Assembly: GCA_951406725.2 (NCBI GenBank)
Contig: OX597822.1
Coordinates: 99,696,001 to 99,760,000, forward strand
From: Octopus vulgaris
Lineage: Eukaryota
DNA length: 64,000 nt
Reading direction: 5' to 3'
This document shows positions 24,753-38,166 of the stretch, piece after piece. The notes beneath the pieces were generated by a model that was not told the DNA's origin, made no database searches, and saw only the letters and a program-made list of their open reading frames with translations. The position numbers and the translations under genes were made by a program. Every line of letters starts with the position of its first letter. Position 1 is the stretch's first letter.

Positions 24753-25111
24753 TATATACATACACACATATACTAATATGAAGAGGGATACACACACACG
24801 TACTAATATGAGGAAGTTCCTGACTTCAGATAAAAGAAATTGCAATAGGATCAGTTACCCATTCAACATAATCCCCTCTCTGATTCACACACTTATTGCA
24901 GTCTTTTTAAGCCCTGTAAAAAAACTCAGAAGGTTGGGCTTCCAACAAACCCTTTTGCAATACCTTTATAGCCAGGAACTTTTCAACATCCCCTTGTGCA
25001 CATGCACACATATACACACATACTGTGTTTATATAAATATATTTCAATTTGTAGTACAGTCTTTTTAGATACATTTTTGTGATTTCATTATATTCTTAAA
25101 TATTCTATATT

Positions 25112-25316
25112 TTTATTCTTTTACTTGTTTCAGTCATTTGGCTGTGGCCATGCTGAAGTACCACCTTTAGTCGAACAAACGAACCCCAGGACTTAGTCTT
25201 TATAAGCCTAGGACTTACTCTATCAGTTTCTTTTGCTGAACCGCGAAGTTATGGGGATGTAAACACACCAACATCAGTTGTCATGCGATGGTGGGGGGAA
25301 GGCAAACACAGACACA

Positions 25317-25353
<37 letters not shown>

Positions 25354-25522
25354 TCACACAATGGGCTTCTTTCTTTTTCCATCTACTAAATCCACTCACA
25401 AGGCTTTGGTTGGTCTGAGGCTATAGTAGAAGACACTTGCCCAAGGTGTCATACAGTGGGATGAGAACCCGGAACCATGTAGTTGGTAAGCAAGCTACTT
25501 ACCACACAACCACCCCTGCACC
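25112..25522 (-). mobile_element. tRNA-derived SINE family A
   Basis: Full-length match. Confidence 0.85.
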
Positions 25523-25857
25523 TTCACATATACATCTGCAAAATATTTGTGAGTCTAATGAACATGAGATGGCTTAATCTGTGTGACAAATAAAGAAATC
25601 AACAGCATCATTAGCAGCAGCAGTAGCAGCAGTAGTAGTAGTAGCAGTATGAACATCATCATCATCCTTAATATCAACTTTAATTATAGAAAGAAGAAAA
25701 AGTAAAAGGGAGAAAAGGGTAAAAGGAAAACAAGAAAAAGATGGAATCTGCAATAATGGATATATATAAATATATATATATTTGTGTGGTGGTGGGTGTA
25801 CATGTGTGTACATAATGTATATGAATACATATATATAAGGGAGCTATATATATGTCC

Positions 25858-25906
<49 letters not shown>

Positions 25907-25912
<6 letters not shown>

Positions 25913-26136
25913 TTACTACCCACAAGGGGCTAAACACAGACGGGACAAACAAGGACAGACGAACGGATTAAGTCGATTATATCGACCCCAGTGTGTAACT
26001 GGTACTTAATTTATCGACCCCGAAAGGATGAAAGGCAAAGTCGACCTCGGCGGAATTTGAACTCGGAACGTGACGACAGACGAAATACAGCTACGCATTT
26101 CGCCCGGCATGCTAACGTTTCTGCCAGCTCGCCGCC
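25907..26136 (-). mobile_element. SINE family B (young)
   Basis: Full-length, CpG-intact match. Confidence 0.9.
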
Positions 26137-26262
26137 TATTATGTATACATATATATATATATATATATACATAAACACACACACATATATATATGTGTGT
26201 GTGTGTGGGGGGGTGTACATGTGTGTACATAATGTATATGAATACATATATATATAAGGGAG

Positions 26263-26299
<37 letters not shown>

Positions 26300-27082
26300 T
26301 GTGTGTGCATGTGTTGTGGATATATATATGTTTGTATATATGTATAGCTACATATATATGTATATCTGTATACAAATTATATACTATAACTGTTGACTAG
26401 AGTGGAAAGTATATCAATCAAGGAATATCTGGGTATATACACGACAAAAATATTTATATGAATAAAAAAAATTATGCGCAAAAAACAAAAACCAGTTCAG
26501 CTTAACGGTTATGTGTATATCAGTGTGTCAGTGAGTAGTATAATACATATCCGTATATCTGTGCATGAATATGTGTGTGTAGGAGTTTGTGTATATGTGT
26601 CTACGTAGGAGTGTGTGTATATGTACATGTAGGAGTGTGTATATGTGTGTGAGGGTGTGTGAAGGAAAGGTAGAGAAAACAAGAGGAGTAGAAGGTGGGG
26701 GTAAGAGATGGTGTGGTGGGTTGAATTTAACAAAATTTGCTGAGGAGTTGAAATCTCAGACCAGTCTTGAAGACTCATATGATACTATGGCTGAAATCAG
26801 GTGTGAAAGACTTTGTGTTTAGATTTTTTTTTTTTTCTCCTTTCATCTCCTCCAAACAAAGAACACTCAAAGTTCAATTTAGTTGACCTTATTTTCGCAA
26901 TTATTTTTGATAACATAATTTGTGAGGTTTTGCAGATTTATCTTCGTTAAAAAAAAAACAAAAATAAAATAGCAAGGATATTTTACCGTTGATAACCATA
27001 ACCATTATTAAAAAACATAAAATTAGGCATCATATTTATGTGTGTATGCATATGTACAGATATATCACACACACACGTATGT

Positions 27083-27157
<75 letters not shown>

Positions 27158-27434
27158 TGTATGTATGTATGTACATTTATATATGTGTACATGTATATAT
27201 GTATATACACACACACACAAATATATTGGAAAATGTGTGAAATTCATAGTACCGTTAGGTATGTTTGAAAAAGGTAAAAAATTACTTTATTGGTAGTTCT
27301 AATAAATTTAATTTTTTAATAATGTAATTTTACAGTTTGGTTTTTAGACAAACTCTAAAATATTATTGAAAAGTTAAATTTATTAGAACTACCACTGAAG
27401 TCATTCTTTTACTTTTTCAAATACACACGTATAT

Positions 27435-27475
<41 letters not shown>

Positions 27476-27499
27476 GATACACACACACACACACCTTCA

Positions 27500-27750
27500 T
27501 CTTTTACTTGTTTTTGTCTATAGACTGCAGACATGCTGAGGCATTGTCTTGAAGAATTTTAATAATAAAACAGATCAGCCTGATTTTTTTTAAAGCTTGA
27601 TACTTATTCTATCGATTTTGCTGAACTGTTAAGTTATGGGGATGTAAACACACCAACACCAGCTATCAAGCAGTGGTGGGAGACAAACACAAACTTGGAT
27701 GGACACACACATAGATGTGTATATGTGTGTGTGCATGTGTGTGCGCGCGC

Positions 27751-27806
<56 letters not shown>

Positions 27807-27978
27807 CTGTGTATATGTGATGGTCTCCATTCAGTTACCATCTAGCAAATCTACTCACAAAGGTTTGGTTGGCCCAAAGCTATAGTAGGAGATGCATTCC
27901 CAAATTGCCATGCACTGGTATTGAAACTGGGACCATGTGATTGGGAAGCAAACTTCTTACCATAGAGTTACAGCTGTA
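27500..27978 (-). mobile_element. tRNA-derived SINE family A (old)
   Basis: Diverged match with an expanded internal microsatellite. Confidence 0.75.
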
Positions 27979-28019
27979 CATACACACACACACACAGATA
28001 TATATATATATATATTTAT

Positions 28020-28068
<49 letters not shown>

Positions 28069-28070
28069 TA

Positions 28071-28275
28071 TATGAGGGGGTACTGAAAATTTCCTGCCTT
28101 TAAGGGTATTGCAAATGACCCGGTTGGAATTCATTTACAAGGATTAGAAAAAATTGAAGAACTGCTGCAATAAGTGTGTGAGTCTGAGAGGGGAAAATGT
28201 TGAATAAAATCATAATTAATTGATCCTTCTGTATTTTCTTTTACCCAAAGCCAGGAACTTTTCAGAACCCGCTTA
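28071..28275. mobile_element. Mariner-type MITE (related inverted copy at ~24807-24998)
   Basis: TIRs GAGGGGGTACTGAAAATTTCCTG / CCAGGAACTTTTCAGAACCCGC in a TA context. Confidence 0.65.
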
Positions 28276-28324
28276 AATACACACACACACACACACACAA
28301 AACAAACAAACAAACAAAAACAAA

Positions 28325-28389
<65 letters not shown>

Positions 28390-28488
28390 CTTCTTTAACT
28401 GAACTCAGTTTTTGAATCATGGTCATGCTGGGGTACTGCTTGAAAATGGTCTTCAATTCATTGTATCAATGGAAATACTTAGTCTGGG

Positions 28489-28627
<139 letters not shown>

Positions 28628-29211
28628 TATGTGCATGTTTGTATACATACACACAAAATACATTCAATAGTTTCCTTCCACATGCAATAAATATATATAC
28701 ATATATATAAATATATTTAAATATACACACACACAATACACATATATAACATACACAAATATATTCAACAGTTTCCTCTCGTACATGCATACGCAGTTAG
28801 CTTCAGGAGAGTGGGGACAGACCTCATGACTTTTTCTGTTCCTTTAAAATCTATGGGTAAGGAGAACCAAGTGAGATTATGAACGATGCTTTTGTACAGC
28901 AGTGCAAAAATAAAAAAGAACACTTGTTGCTTATTCTTTCTCAAATCAATTCGGCAAGCTGTATTTGATTCTCGTACACACATAAACTTCGTTGGTCTTA
29001 GTTATATGTTATTTAAATGTGAATATGATTGACACAGAGAATATAGACAATGAGATACAAAGGTGTTACATACAAAAAGAGACTCAAAAAGAAAATGCTC
29101 GTACAAATATATATATATATATATATCATTAATTATATGAGGTTCTCTACTCTAGTATTTATATATATATATAAATATATAGTATATATATATATATATA
29201 TATATACTAGA

Positions 29212-29249
<38 letters not shown>

Positions 29250-29285
29250 TAGAGTATATATATATGTATATATATATATACTCTA

Positions 29286-29368
<83 letters not shown>

Positions 29369-29625
29369 AATGAATATATATATATATATATACACTAGAG
29401 TATATATATATATATATATATACCAGAGCCTGGTGCAGCCTCCATGGCTTACCAGACCCCGGTCGAACCGTCCAACCCATGCTAGCATGGAAAACAGACG
29501 TTAAATGATGATGATGATGATATATATATATCATTAATTATATGAGGCTCTCTACTCTAGTATTTTGAATTCAAGTATAATAGTTTGTAAAGTACATGAA
29601 AAAAGAAATAATAATTTTTTTTTTT

Positions 29626-29971
29626 TTCTACTATAGGTACAAAGCCTGAAATTTTGGTGGGGAGAGCCTTAGTTGTTGACATTGACCCCAAAAGGAGGAG
29701 AAAGGCAAAGTTGACCTCGACTGAACTAGAACGTAACAGACAAAATGTCACTAAGCATTTTGCACAAGGCCATCAATTTTGATGGGAGGGGGGCAGGTTG
29801 ATTACATCAACCCCAGTACTTGACTAGTACTTTATTCTATTGACCCAGAAAAATATGGTGGGGCAAAGTTGACCTTAGCAGCATTTGAACACAGGATATA
29901 AAGATCTGGAAGAAATACAACTAAGCATTTTGTTTTATGTATTATCAATTCTGCCAGCTTAGTGCCTTAGC

Positions 29972-30017
<46 letters not shown>

Positions 30018-30533
30018 GTGGTGCATCAGCATGGTTGCAGCTTTGAGCTGAAACTACAGAAAAAAAAATTATCATAATGATAATAATCCCTACTATAGGC
30101 ATAAAGCCTGAAATTTTGGTGGGAAATGGCCAGTCAGTTACATCAGCCTCTGTGCTTGACTGCTATTGTATTTTATCAGCCCTAAAAGGATTAAAAGGGG
30201 ACTTGACCTCAGCAGAATTTGAATACAGGTTGTAAAGAGATGAAATACCACCAATGTGCTAATGACTCTGCCAGCTCACCTTAATAATAATAATGACAAC
30301 AACAGTAAGGAGAAGAATTTCTAATTTTGACACAAGGCCATCAATTTGAGGGGTGGTAGTTAAGGTGACAGCATCAGTCCAGTATTTGACAAGTACGTTA
30401 TTTTATCAACACAAAATTAATGGAAAGCAAAGTTGACATTGGTGGGATTTGAACCCAGAGTATAATGGGTCAGAAAAAAAGGTATTGCAAAGCACATTAT
30501 CCAATGCTCTAGTGATTCTACAAACTCACCATC

Positions 30534-30583
<50 letters not shown>

Positions 30584-30825
30584 CTTTTCTGCTATAGGCA
30601 CAAGGCCTGAAATTTAGTGGGGGGGGGTGCTAGGCAATTACATTGATCCTGGTACTTGATAGGTACTTCATCTTATTATTTCATCCCTTGAAGGGATGAA
30701 AGGCAAAGTCAACCTCTCTGGTATTTGAACTCAGACTGTAATGAGTTGGAACAAATGCCTGCCACTGGGCATTTTCTCCAGTGTTCTAACAATTCTGCCA
30801 GCTCGCCACAATAATAATAATAGGG

Positions 30826-30865
<40 letters not shown>

Positions 30866-30985
30866 TGATGATGATGATGGTCCCTGGCTTAGGCATAAGG
30901 CTAGTAAATGAGAGGAGGGAGGGATAATCAATTTTATTGACCCTGATTCTTGGCTGATACCTTATTTTGTTGACCCTAAAATGTT
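29626..30985 (-). mobile_element. Cluster of about six old family-B-related SINEs separated by (AAT)n
   Basis: Repeated CTACTATAGGCACAAGGCCTGAAATT...GGCAAAGTTGACCT...TTTGAAC...CTGCCAGCTC units, all in the same orientation. Another copy lies at 22724-22923. Confidence 0.75.
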
Positions 30986-31490
30986 GAAAGACAAAAATAA
31001 TAATAATAATAAAGTAAAATATATAAAAAAACAAAGCAGTTTGTCTTTTGCAGAGTATTATATATTTTGGTAAGTGATACTGAAATTAAATTTCTTTATC
31101 TTCAAACTAAATGATTGAACTGTTTACACTGTTGTGAATGTGAGACAAAATTCAACAAGTTGTTAGACAACTTTGAATATATTATACAAATAAATAAGTA
31201 AACATATAAACAAAGAGAATGGTAAATAAGCGAATCGGAATTACATTGAGATTGTAATTGGTATAAACCATGTGAGAGAAAGGAAATTATTCTTAAAACT
31301 CAACAAAGAATTCAATTTAAAGAAAAAGAACAAAACAGAAAACAATGAATAATTCTATTTTTTTTTTTTTTATATTTTCAGAATTTTTTTTTTCCATAAT
31401 TGGAAAATATTTTTATAACTATTTTTATAAAGGTTAAATTTGTTTACTATAGAAAGTGGGGCAGAAAAAAAACAAAACAAATAAACTTAC

Positions 31491-31721
31491 CATATCAGAT
31501 CCTCGTTTGAGGAAAGAACGTCGGATTATAGCTAAATCCTCAAAAATCGACGCTAAACTTGTACGTGACTGGTTATGATATTCTTTGTTGACCTGCAGCA
31601 TGGTCAAAGATAATGACGACCCTGAGTTGGCCAAATTATTATTATATTCCAGAACAGGGCTTTCTAAGCTCAACCGAGAAGGAGTCTGAGAAATGGTTTT
31701 CCTGGACATATAGCTATTCAT
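31491..31721 (-). CDS. Candidate coding exon of an unidentified host gene (MNSYMSRKTISQTPSRLSLESPVLEY...SRTSLASIFEDLAIIRRSFLKRGSDM), first or internal exon
   Basis: 231 nt (77 codons) of unique, complex, stop-free sequence ending in ATG|GTAAGTTT (phase-0 donor at 31490). It is flanked by A/T-rich intron-like DNA. An alternative acceptor AATAG| at 31714 after a T-rich tract would make it an internal exon (31491-31713). No partner exons were identified. Confidence 0.6.
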
Positions 31722-32830
31722 ACAATTAACAAAGTAAAAATCATGAAAAAAATAAAAGACTACAAAATTTCTTGGACGATGAAAAAATTCTATGAGACTA
31801 AGATTCCCTTAATGAAAAAAGTGGGAATAATTAATAGATTAGAAAAATATATTTAATATTGTTTGGGTTTTTGGTTTGGCGTGTGTTTTTTTTTTTTTTG
31901 TTTATGTATTGGTTCTTTTTTTTTTTTTTTTTTCACGCAAGGAAGCAACAACTTGTCTAGTGTGGAGATAACTTTTTAAGCCATGCCTACACACTAAATG
32001 AAGTTATAATACATTTTTTACTTTTTACATTGTTTTAAGAAAGAAAGAAAAGTAGAAAAGTGATAAAAACATTGTAGCAAAAAAATATAAAGAAAAACAA
32101 AATTCCAGTTTTAATCTTGTTTAGAGATTTTAGAGATCTAACTAAGAATAAATTTAGATTACCAGCTCTACCCAATGTCATGTTTAAAAAATCCAAAAAT
32201 CTATAAATAACCATGACAAGAATGAAGAAGGGTTATTAACTATAAGCGCGTTAAACTTGGATTTTCTACTAATACGGATTCCGAGAGAGGAATCGGCACA
32301 AAGAAAATAACCAATTCTTTACAACTACATCGTTCTATGTGCTGCTAGATTCTCTACATCCACACATCTAATCATCGTGGTGGCTGCTGCTGCTGCTGCT
32401 GCCAAAGCTGCTGTTTTATAATGTGCTGCATAATACACCTTTTCTTTCTTTTTTTTCTTTTCTTTTTTTTTTTAAGCATCAAATTCGGAAAGTATCCCTT
32501 CTACATAGGAACCCACCCGAACACCGCAGACATAAAACAAAAGAATCGCTATCAACAGGAGGGTACGGTTCGGAATATATTCTCATGCTAAGAAAAATCA
32601 ATAATTTAAATCCTTTAGCCAATAGCTCCAATCGGTTATGAGGAACTTTCTCATAGAACTGCTCTGTGTAGGTGAAGGCAGCAATGACAATACGAGAAGC
32701 AGCAGCAGCAACAGAAGCAGCAGCAGTTTTTGACAGAGATGCAGTAAAAGAGAAGAAATATAGAGAGAAGTTATTGAGAGAAGATGTAGTTGTGTGATTA
32801 TTGACAACAAAACAAAATCGAAACACTTAT
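31722..32830 (-). promoter_or_regulatory. Repeat-free, CpG-retaining putative 5' leader/promoter of the minus-strand exon
   Basis: About 1.1 kb with no recognisable TE in a TE-saturated window. Many intact CpGs lie in 32240-32820 although CpG is depleted in the rest of the unique DNA. It lies directly upstream of the 31721 ATG. Confidence 0.45.
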
Positions 32831-32864
32831 ATTAGGGAAGATAGCACTTACTATATACAGGTGG

Positions 32865-32892
32865 GTGAGTGTGTATGTGTGTGTGTGTGTGT

Positions 32893-32928
<36 letters not shown>

Positions 32929-32947
32929 TAAAGTATATATATATAAA

Positions 32948-32988
<41 letters not shown>

Positions 32989-33019
32989 ATATATATATAA
33001 AGTATATATATATATATAA

Positions 33020-33065
<46 letters not shown>

Positions 33066-33077
33066 TATATATATAAA

Positions 33078-33118
<41 letters not shown>

Positions 33119-33750
33119 ATATATATATAGTATATATATATAAAGTATATATATATATAGTATATATATATAAAGTATATATATATAAAGTATATATATA
33201 TAAAGTATATATATAGTATATGTATATATATATATATTTATATATATATAGTATGTATGTGTGTGTGTGTGCATGAAAGTATGCATGAATGTATATGTTT
33301 TTATATAAGTGTAAATTATATATAGGTATACATATACACATATATAAATATGTATGTATGTATGTATGTATGGATAGATAGTTAGATAGATAGAGAAACA
33401 GATATTTAGACATATAGATATATATATATCTAGCTGTATAAACACACACATACATATATACATGTATACTATCACCTACATATACATAGAAATATATACA
33501 TATACATCGATAGAAACTCTCACATATATACATAACACACACATACATGTGCATATATATACACATAGCTATACACATATTCACAAACATATAAATTGTG
33601 TGTGTATAAATGTATTATGCATGACTGAGTATTTATGACTGTAATATATACACACACATATACACTCACAAACATAAATTAAGTGTGTATATGTGTGTGC
33701 ATGACTGTGTATTTGTGTCTGTATGTATATATACACACACACACACACAT
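32865..33750. repeat. Compound microsatellite: (TA)n with periodic AAAG/AG interruptions, then mixed TA/CA/TAGA
   Basis: Direct inspection. Confidence 0.9.
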
Positions 33751-34674
33751 AGACATGGGCATGGCTGCATAATTAGAAACTTTGCTTCACTTTCACATCA
33801 TTTGGGATTTTCCTTCCCACTAATTGACACCTTGGGCAAGTGTTTCCAACCATAACATCAGGCTGATCAGTTCCTTGTATGTGGAATTGGTAGATGGAGA
33901 CTGTACTGAAGTCCCATTCCCTCCGGCCTTCCCCCACACGAACTCACTCTACCTTGGTACAGTGTGGACTTAGTTCCCCATTGACAGGCTCCTGGTGTGT
34001 ATGGTTATGTTGGATTATAAGGATAAGGCAATTAGGTAAATGGGTGTGTATTAATTTGTATATATGCATTTTTTATTTCTTCCAAGGGTGGAGCCTACAT
34101 CCTTATCCCTGCATCGTGGCTGTTAATTTTGATCCAGTTATAAGGTTTGGAAGAGCTGTAAAATAGACTGCTTGGCAAAGCTAGTGTAAATGGGATGGAG
34201 GTGTGTTGGATTGTTAGTATGGCTGTTATTGTATGTGCGGAATAGTTTTATAAGAGATCTATTTGATATATATCATAGACTGACCCTTGACCATTTACTA
34301 AATTCACTCCACAACCCAATCCAAATTGTAGCTGCTATCACCAACCATCCAAATCATATTTATCATTAACAACCTTACTCCCTTGAATGAACCCTTGTTT
34401 ATCATTCAGTATATTTGACTCCCAACTCCCCACCCTGTCCAATCTTTAACCATCCCTCATTCTCTCCATCACACACTGAGAATCACTACCCAGTGACTCT
34501 TTCTGCAGTTCTACCCCAACCTGGGGGCCTAGCTTGAGACTTCATCACCATCATCATTATTATTGCTCCAGCTCTTCACTGATTTCTCCCACTCACTCTT
34601 TAATGTGAGCATTCATTCACATGTGTCATCTACAACAAGGTACATCTATTCTGGACCCCTTTCTTCATATCTCT

Positions 34675-35042
34675 TATCTTTTACTTGTTTCAGTCATTTG
34701 ACTGGGGCCATGCTGGGGCACCACCTTGAAGGGTTTTAGTCCAGGACTTATTTTTTAAAGTTTAATACTTATTCTATAGGTCTCTTTTGCTGAACTGCTA
34801 AGTTACAAGGACATAAACACACCAGTACCAGTTGTCAAGTGGGGATTGAGGGACATATACAGACACAAAGACACATACACATAGATATGTACATACATAT
34901 ATACAATGGGCTTCTTTCAGTTTCTGTCTACCCAATAAATTCACAAGGCTTATAATAGAAGACACTTGTCCAAGGTACCACAGTGGGACTGAACCCAGGA
35001 CCATGTGGTTGGGAAGCAAGTTTCTTACCACACAGCCATGCC
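34675..35042 (-). mobile_element. tRNA-derived SINE family A (old)
   Basis: Diverged match. Confidence 0.8.
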
Positions 35043-35440
35043 TTTCATCATCTAACATAAACTGGCCCCCTTGCTAAAGTTAGCCCCTGCTCAGCTGAAG
35101 AAATTAGTCTTGCAAGTTACATGATGACTTAGCTAGTGCTGGGGCCATAAAAAAAAAAAGCACTGAGAACTCTGTTAAGTGTTTGGTGTTAGGAAAGGCA
35201 CTCAGCCATTCAAACTGTACCAAAGCAGATATTGGTGGACAATGGACAACACAGTCCTCCAACTGATCAGACCCAGTCAAACCCACCAACCCATATCAGC
35301 ATGGAAAACAGATGTTAAATGATGATGATGATGATGATGATGATATATATATATATTTTAAAAATTAAGGACAAAATCTACGTTAGATTTTATCAGGTAG
35401 TTAGCATGCAGTCAGCTGATTAAGGTAAAATTAATCAACT

Positions 35441-35611
35441 TATAAATTAATATATAAATATATATCAAGGGCAAACAAGTACAAGTACGGCGCATGTTAT
35501 TTTATGGTGATATGTTAAATAGTTTTTAGACATTAGCGTCTTCTTATAGCATGTAGAGGACTTGTATACATACTTGTTTGCCCTTGATATATATTTATAT
35601 ATTAATTTATA
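35441..35611. repeat. Fold-back element
   Basis: TATAAATTAATATATAAATATATATCAAGGGCAAACAAGTA is matched by TACTTGTTTGCCCTTGATATATATTTATATATTAATTTATA. Confidence 0.8.
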
Positions 35612-35631
35612 TGTGTGTATATATATTTTGC

Positions 35632-36016
35632 CTTTTACTTATTTCAGTCATTAGACTGCAGCCAAACTGGGACACTGCCTTGAATTTTTAGTTGACTGAA
35701 TCGATCCCAGTACTTCTTTCTTAAGCCTGATACTTTTTCTATCAGTCTCTTTTGCTGAACTGCTAAGTTAGAGGGATGCAAATACACCAACACCAGTTGC
35801 CAAGCGGTGTGGGAGTGGGACAAACAGAGACAGAAACACACACACACATATATATATATATAAAAATATATTGGGCTTCTTTCAGTTTCCATGTATCAAA
35901 TCCACCCACAAGGCTTTGGTTGGCCCATGGTTATAGAAGAAAACACTTGCCCAAGGTGACTGAACTAAGAACCATATGACTGGGAAGCAAGCTTACCACA
36001 AAACCACACCTGTGGC
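35632..36016 (-). mobile_element. tRNA-derived SINE family A (old)
   Basis: Diverged match. Confidence 0.8.
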
Positions 36017-36025
36017 TATATATAT

Positions 36026-36512
36026 ATCATCATCATCATCATCATCGTTTAACGTCCGCTTTCCATGCTAGCATGGGTTGGACGATTTCACTGAGGTCTG
36101 GCGAACCAGATGGCTGCATCAGACTCCAATCTTGATCTGGCAGAGTTTCTACAGCAGGATGCCCTTCCTAACGCCAACCTCTCCAAGAGTGTAGTGGGTG
36201 CTTTTATGTGCCACCGGCACGAGGGCCAGTCAGGCGGTACTGGCAACAGCCATGCTCAAATGGTGCTATTTATGTGCCACCTGCACAAGAACCAGTCCAG
36301 TGGCACTGGCAACAACCTCGCTCGAATATTTTTTCACGTGCCACCAGCACAAGTGCCAGTAAGGCGACGCAGGTCACGAACACACTTGAATGGTGTTTTT
36401 AGTGTGCCATCGGCACGGGGGCCAGCTTGTTGCTCTGGCAACGATCTTACTCATATGGTACTCATAGCGCTCCACTAGCATGGGTGCCAGTCATCAAATA
36501 TGATTTCGATTT
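36026..36512 (-). mobile_element. RTE-type 3' end, long variant
   Basis: Homologous to 47343-47676, with internal GTGCCACC repeats. Confidence 0.8.
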
Positions 36513-36911
36513 CATATATATGAACACATGTATTTATGTTTGTGTGTGTGTGTTTATGTCTCCTTGACTTGACATCGTGACTCGGTTATAAAATGAGCAT
36601 CACTGTCATACAATACACATAGCATCATTCATTTCCAATGTTCCATGAAAAGCATGCCCAGCCATGGGGAAATATTGCTTTGCTTGGAAACAATCAGGGC
36701 TGCTGAAAGGAAAATGTATCTGGCTGTAGAAAATTTGCCTCAACAATTTCCATCTAACCCATGCAAGCATGAAAAAGTGAATGGTAAAATGATGATGATG
36801 ATGATGATGACGATGATTGATGATATAAACATATAGACAAAGAAATAGGAAATAGGAAAATATAAACTGTACATAGAAATACATAAAGTATATTTTCTTG
36901 TATTTTTTTTA

Positions 36912-37135
36912 TTCTATTACTTGTTTCAGTCATTTGACTGCGGCCATGCTGGAGCACCGCATTTAGTCGAACAAATCGACCCCAGGATTTATTCTTTGTT
37001 AGCCTAGTACTTATTCTATCGGTCCCTTTTTCCATACCGCTAAGTTACGGGGATGTAAACACACCAGCATCGATTTTCAAGCGATGTTGGGGTGACAAAC
37101 ACATGCACACAAACACACACACACACACAAACACA
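36912..37135 (-). mobile_element. SINE family A, 3' half
   Basis: Truncated at the internal microsatellite. Confidence 0.8.
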
Positions 37136-37260
37136 CACAGAGCATACATTGGGAACAAAAGGTTTAAACTGCATGATGTGTGTATCCTTTATTTTTTTCC
37201 AATTTGTATACACAATATATATATATATATTATATATGTGGGTGGGTATATATATATATA

Positions 37261-38066
37261 TACAGGGAGCAATGTGTAATTTGTCACAACTTTATACTTT
37301 TAATTTCGTACATGCTTGTTTGTTTTTGATTTTGTTGACTACACAGTATAGTAGGGTCAGCTGGGCACCGTCTGAGAAATCCAGCAACATGACGCAATTC
37401 ACACAGTTAGAAATTTGGAAATGAGATGCTGTACTGCTTGGCATTTGTGCCGAAAGCTCCAATATGAACAAAGGGTGTCAATCTGAGGACATGTACTGGG
37501 GGTGATAAAAATCAAACATCCAGTCAACACTGGTGACATTATGCCTCCTTTAATCTTCCCACACAGCCTGAAACTTGACACAGAGACCTGCATCAAGTGC
37601 TTGGAGGAGGTAGTGCTGTGCTGGGTCAAGAGGGTGGCTGCTGGAAGACCCTATGTCTGGTACCAAAACTCTGCACCATGCCACACTAGCAGGAGAACCC
37701 AGTCAGGGTTGTCAGACAATTTCCGCAACCACATCACCCCTAACATCTGGCCACCTAACTCCCCAGGGGCACAGTTTAGCAAGAGACCAAGAAAATTCCT
37801 TGTAACAACAAAGATGAACTGAAGGCAAGGATTATGGCAGCATTGACCAACTTCAACAAGGAAACCATCCTGAAGAATTGCAGGTGATTCTGAAGTCATC
37901 TGGAGGGTCTGGTTGAAGCCAATGGCGATTTTATTGAATAAATTAACTCTTTAGTATGTCAAGATATATTTATGTAATTTTGGTAAATATATCTGTTAAA
38001 ATGAAATATCGGCGTTATTCTTATTTTTGTGTAATTTAGACGGCAATATATTTAGTGGACCCTGTA
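37261..38066 (+). mobile_element. Internally deleted Tc1/mariner-superfamily (Tc1/maT-like) transposon
   Basis: TA-CAGGG...CCCTG-TA ends. The ORF at 37502-37822 has PYVWYQNSAPCHTSRRTQ and WPPNSP, the catalytic-domain motifs QQDxAPxH and WPxxSPD in decayed form. Confidence 0.8.
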
Positions 38067-38166
38067 TGTATATATAAATATGTGTGTGTGTGTGTGTGTG
38101 TGTATGCTTAATTGCTAAATCCACAAGTTTTTTTTTTATTCTCTCTCTGTTTATTTTCTCTTATTC

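Noticed and set aside
26720-26822. Coding-looking peptide KFAEELKSQTSLEDSYDTMAEI on the plus strand
   Set aside because: No credible acceptor, the ORF begins in microsatellite, and there is no supporting gene structure.
32479-32826. 115-aa minus-strand ORF upstream of the exon
   Set aside because: Low-complexity sequence, no splice signals linking it to the exon and no recognisable domain; at most a uORF.
32798-33590. 225- and 232-aa ORFs
   Set aside because: Translations of (TA)n microsatellite (YI repeats).
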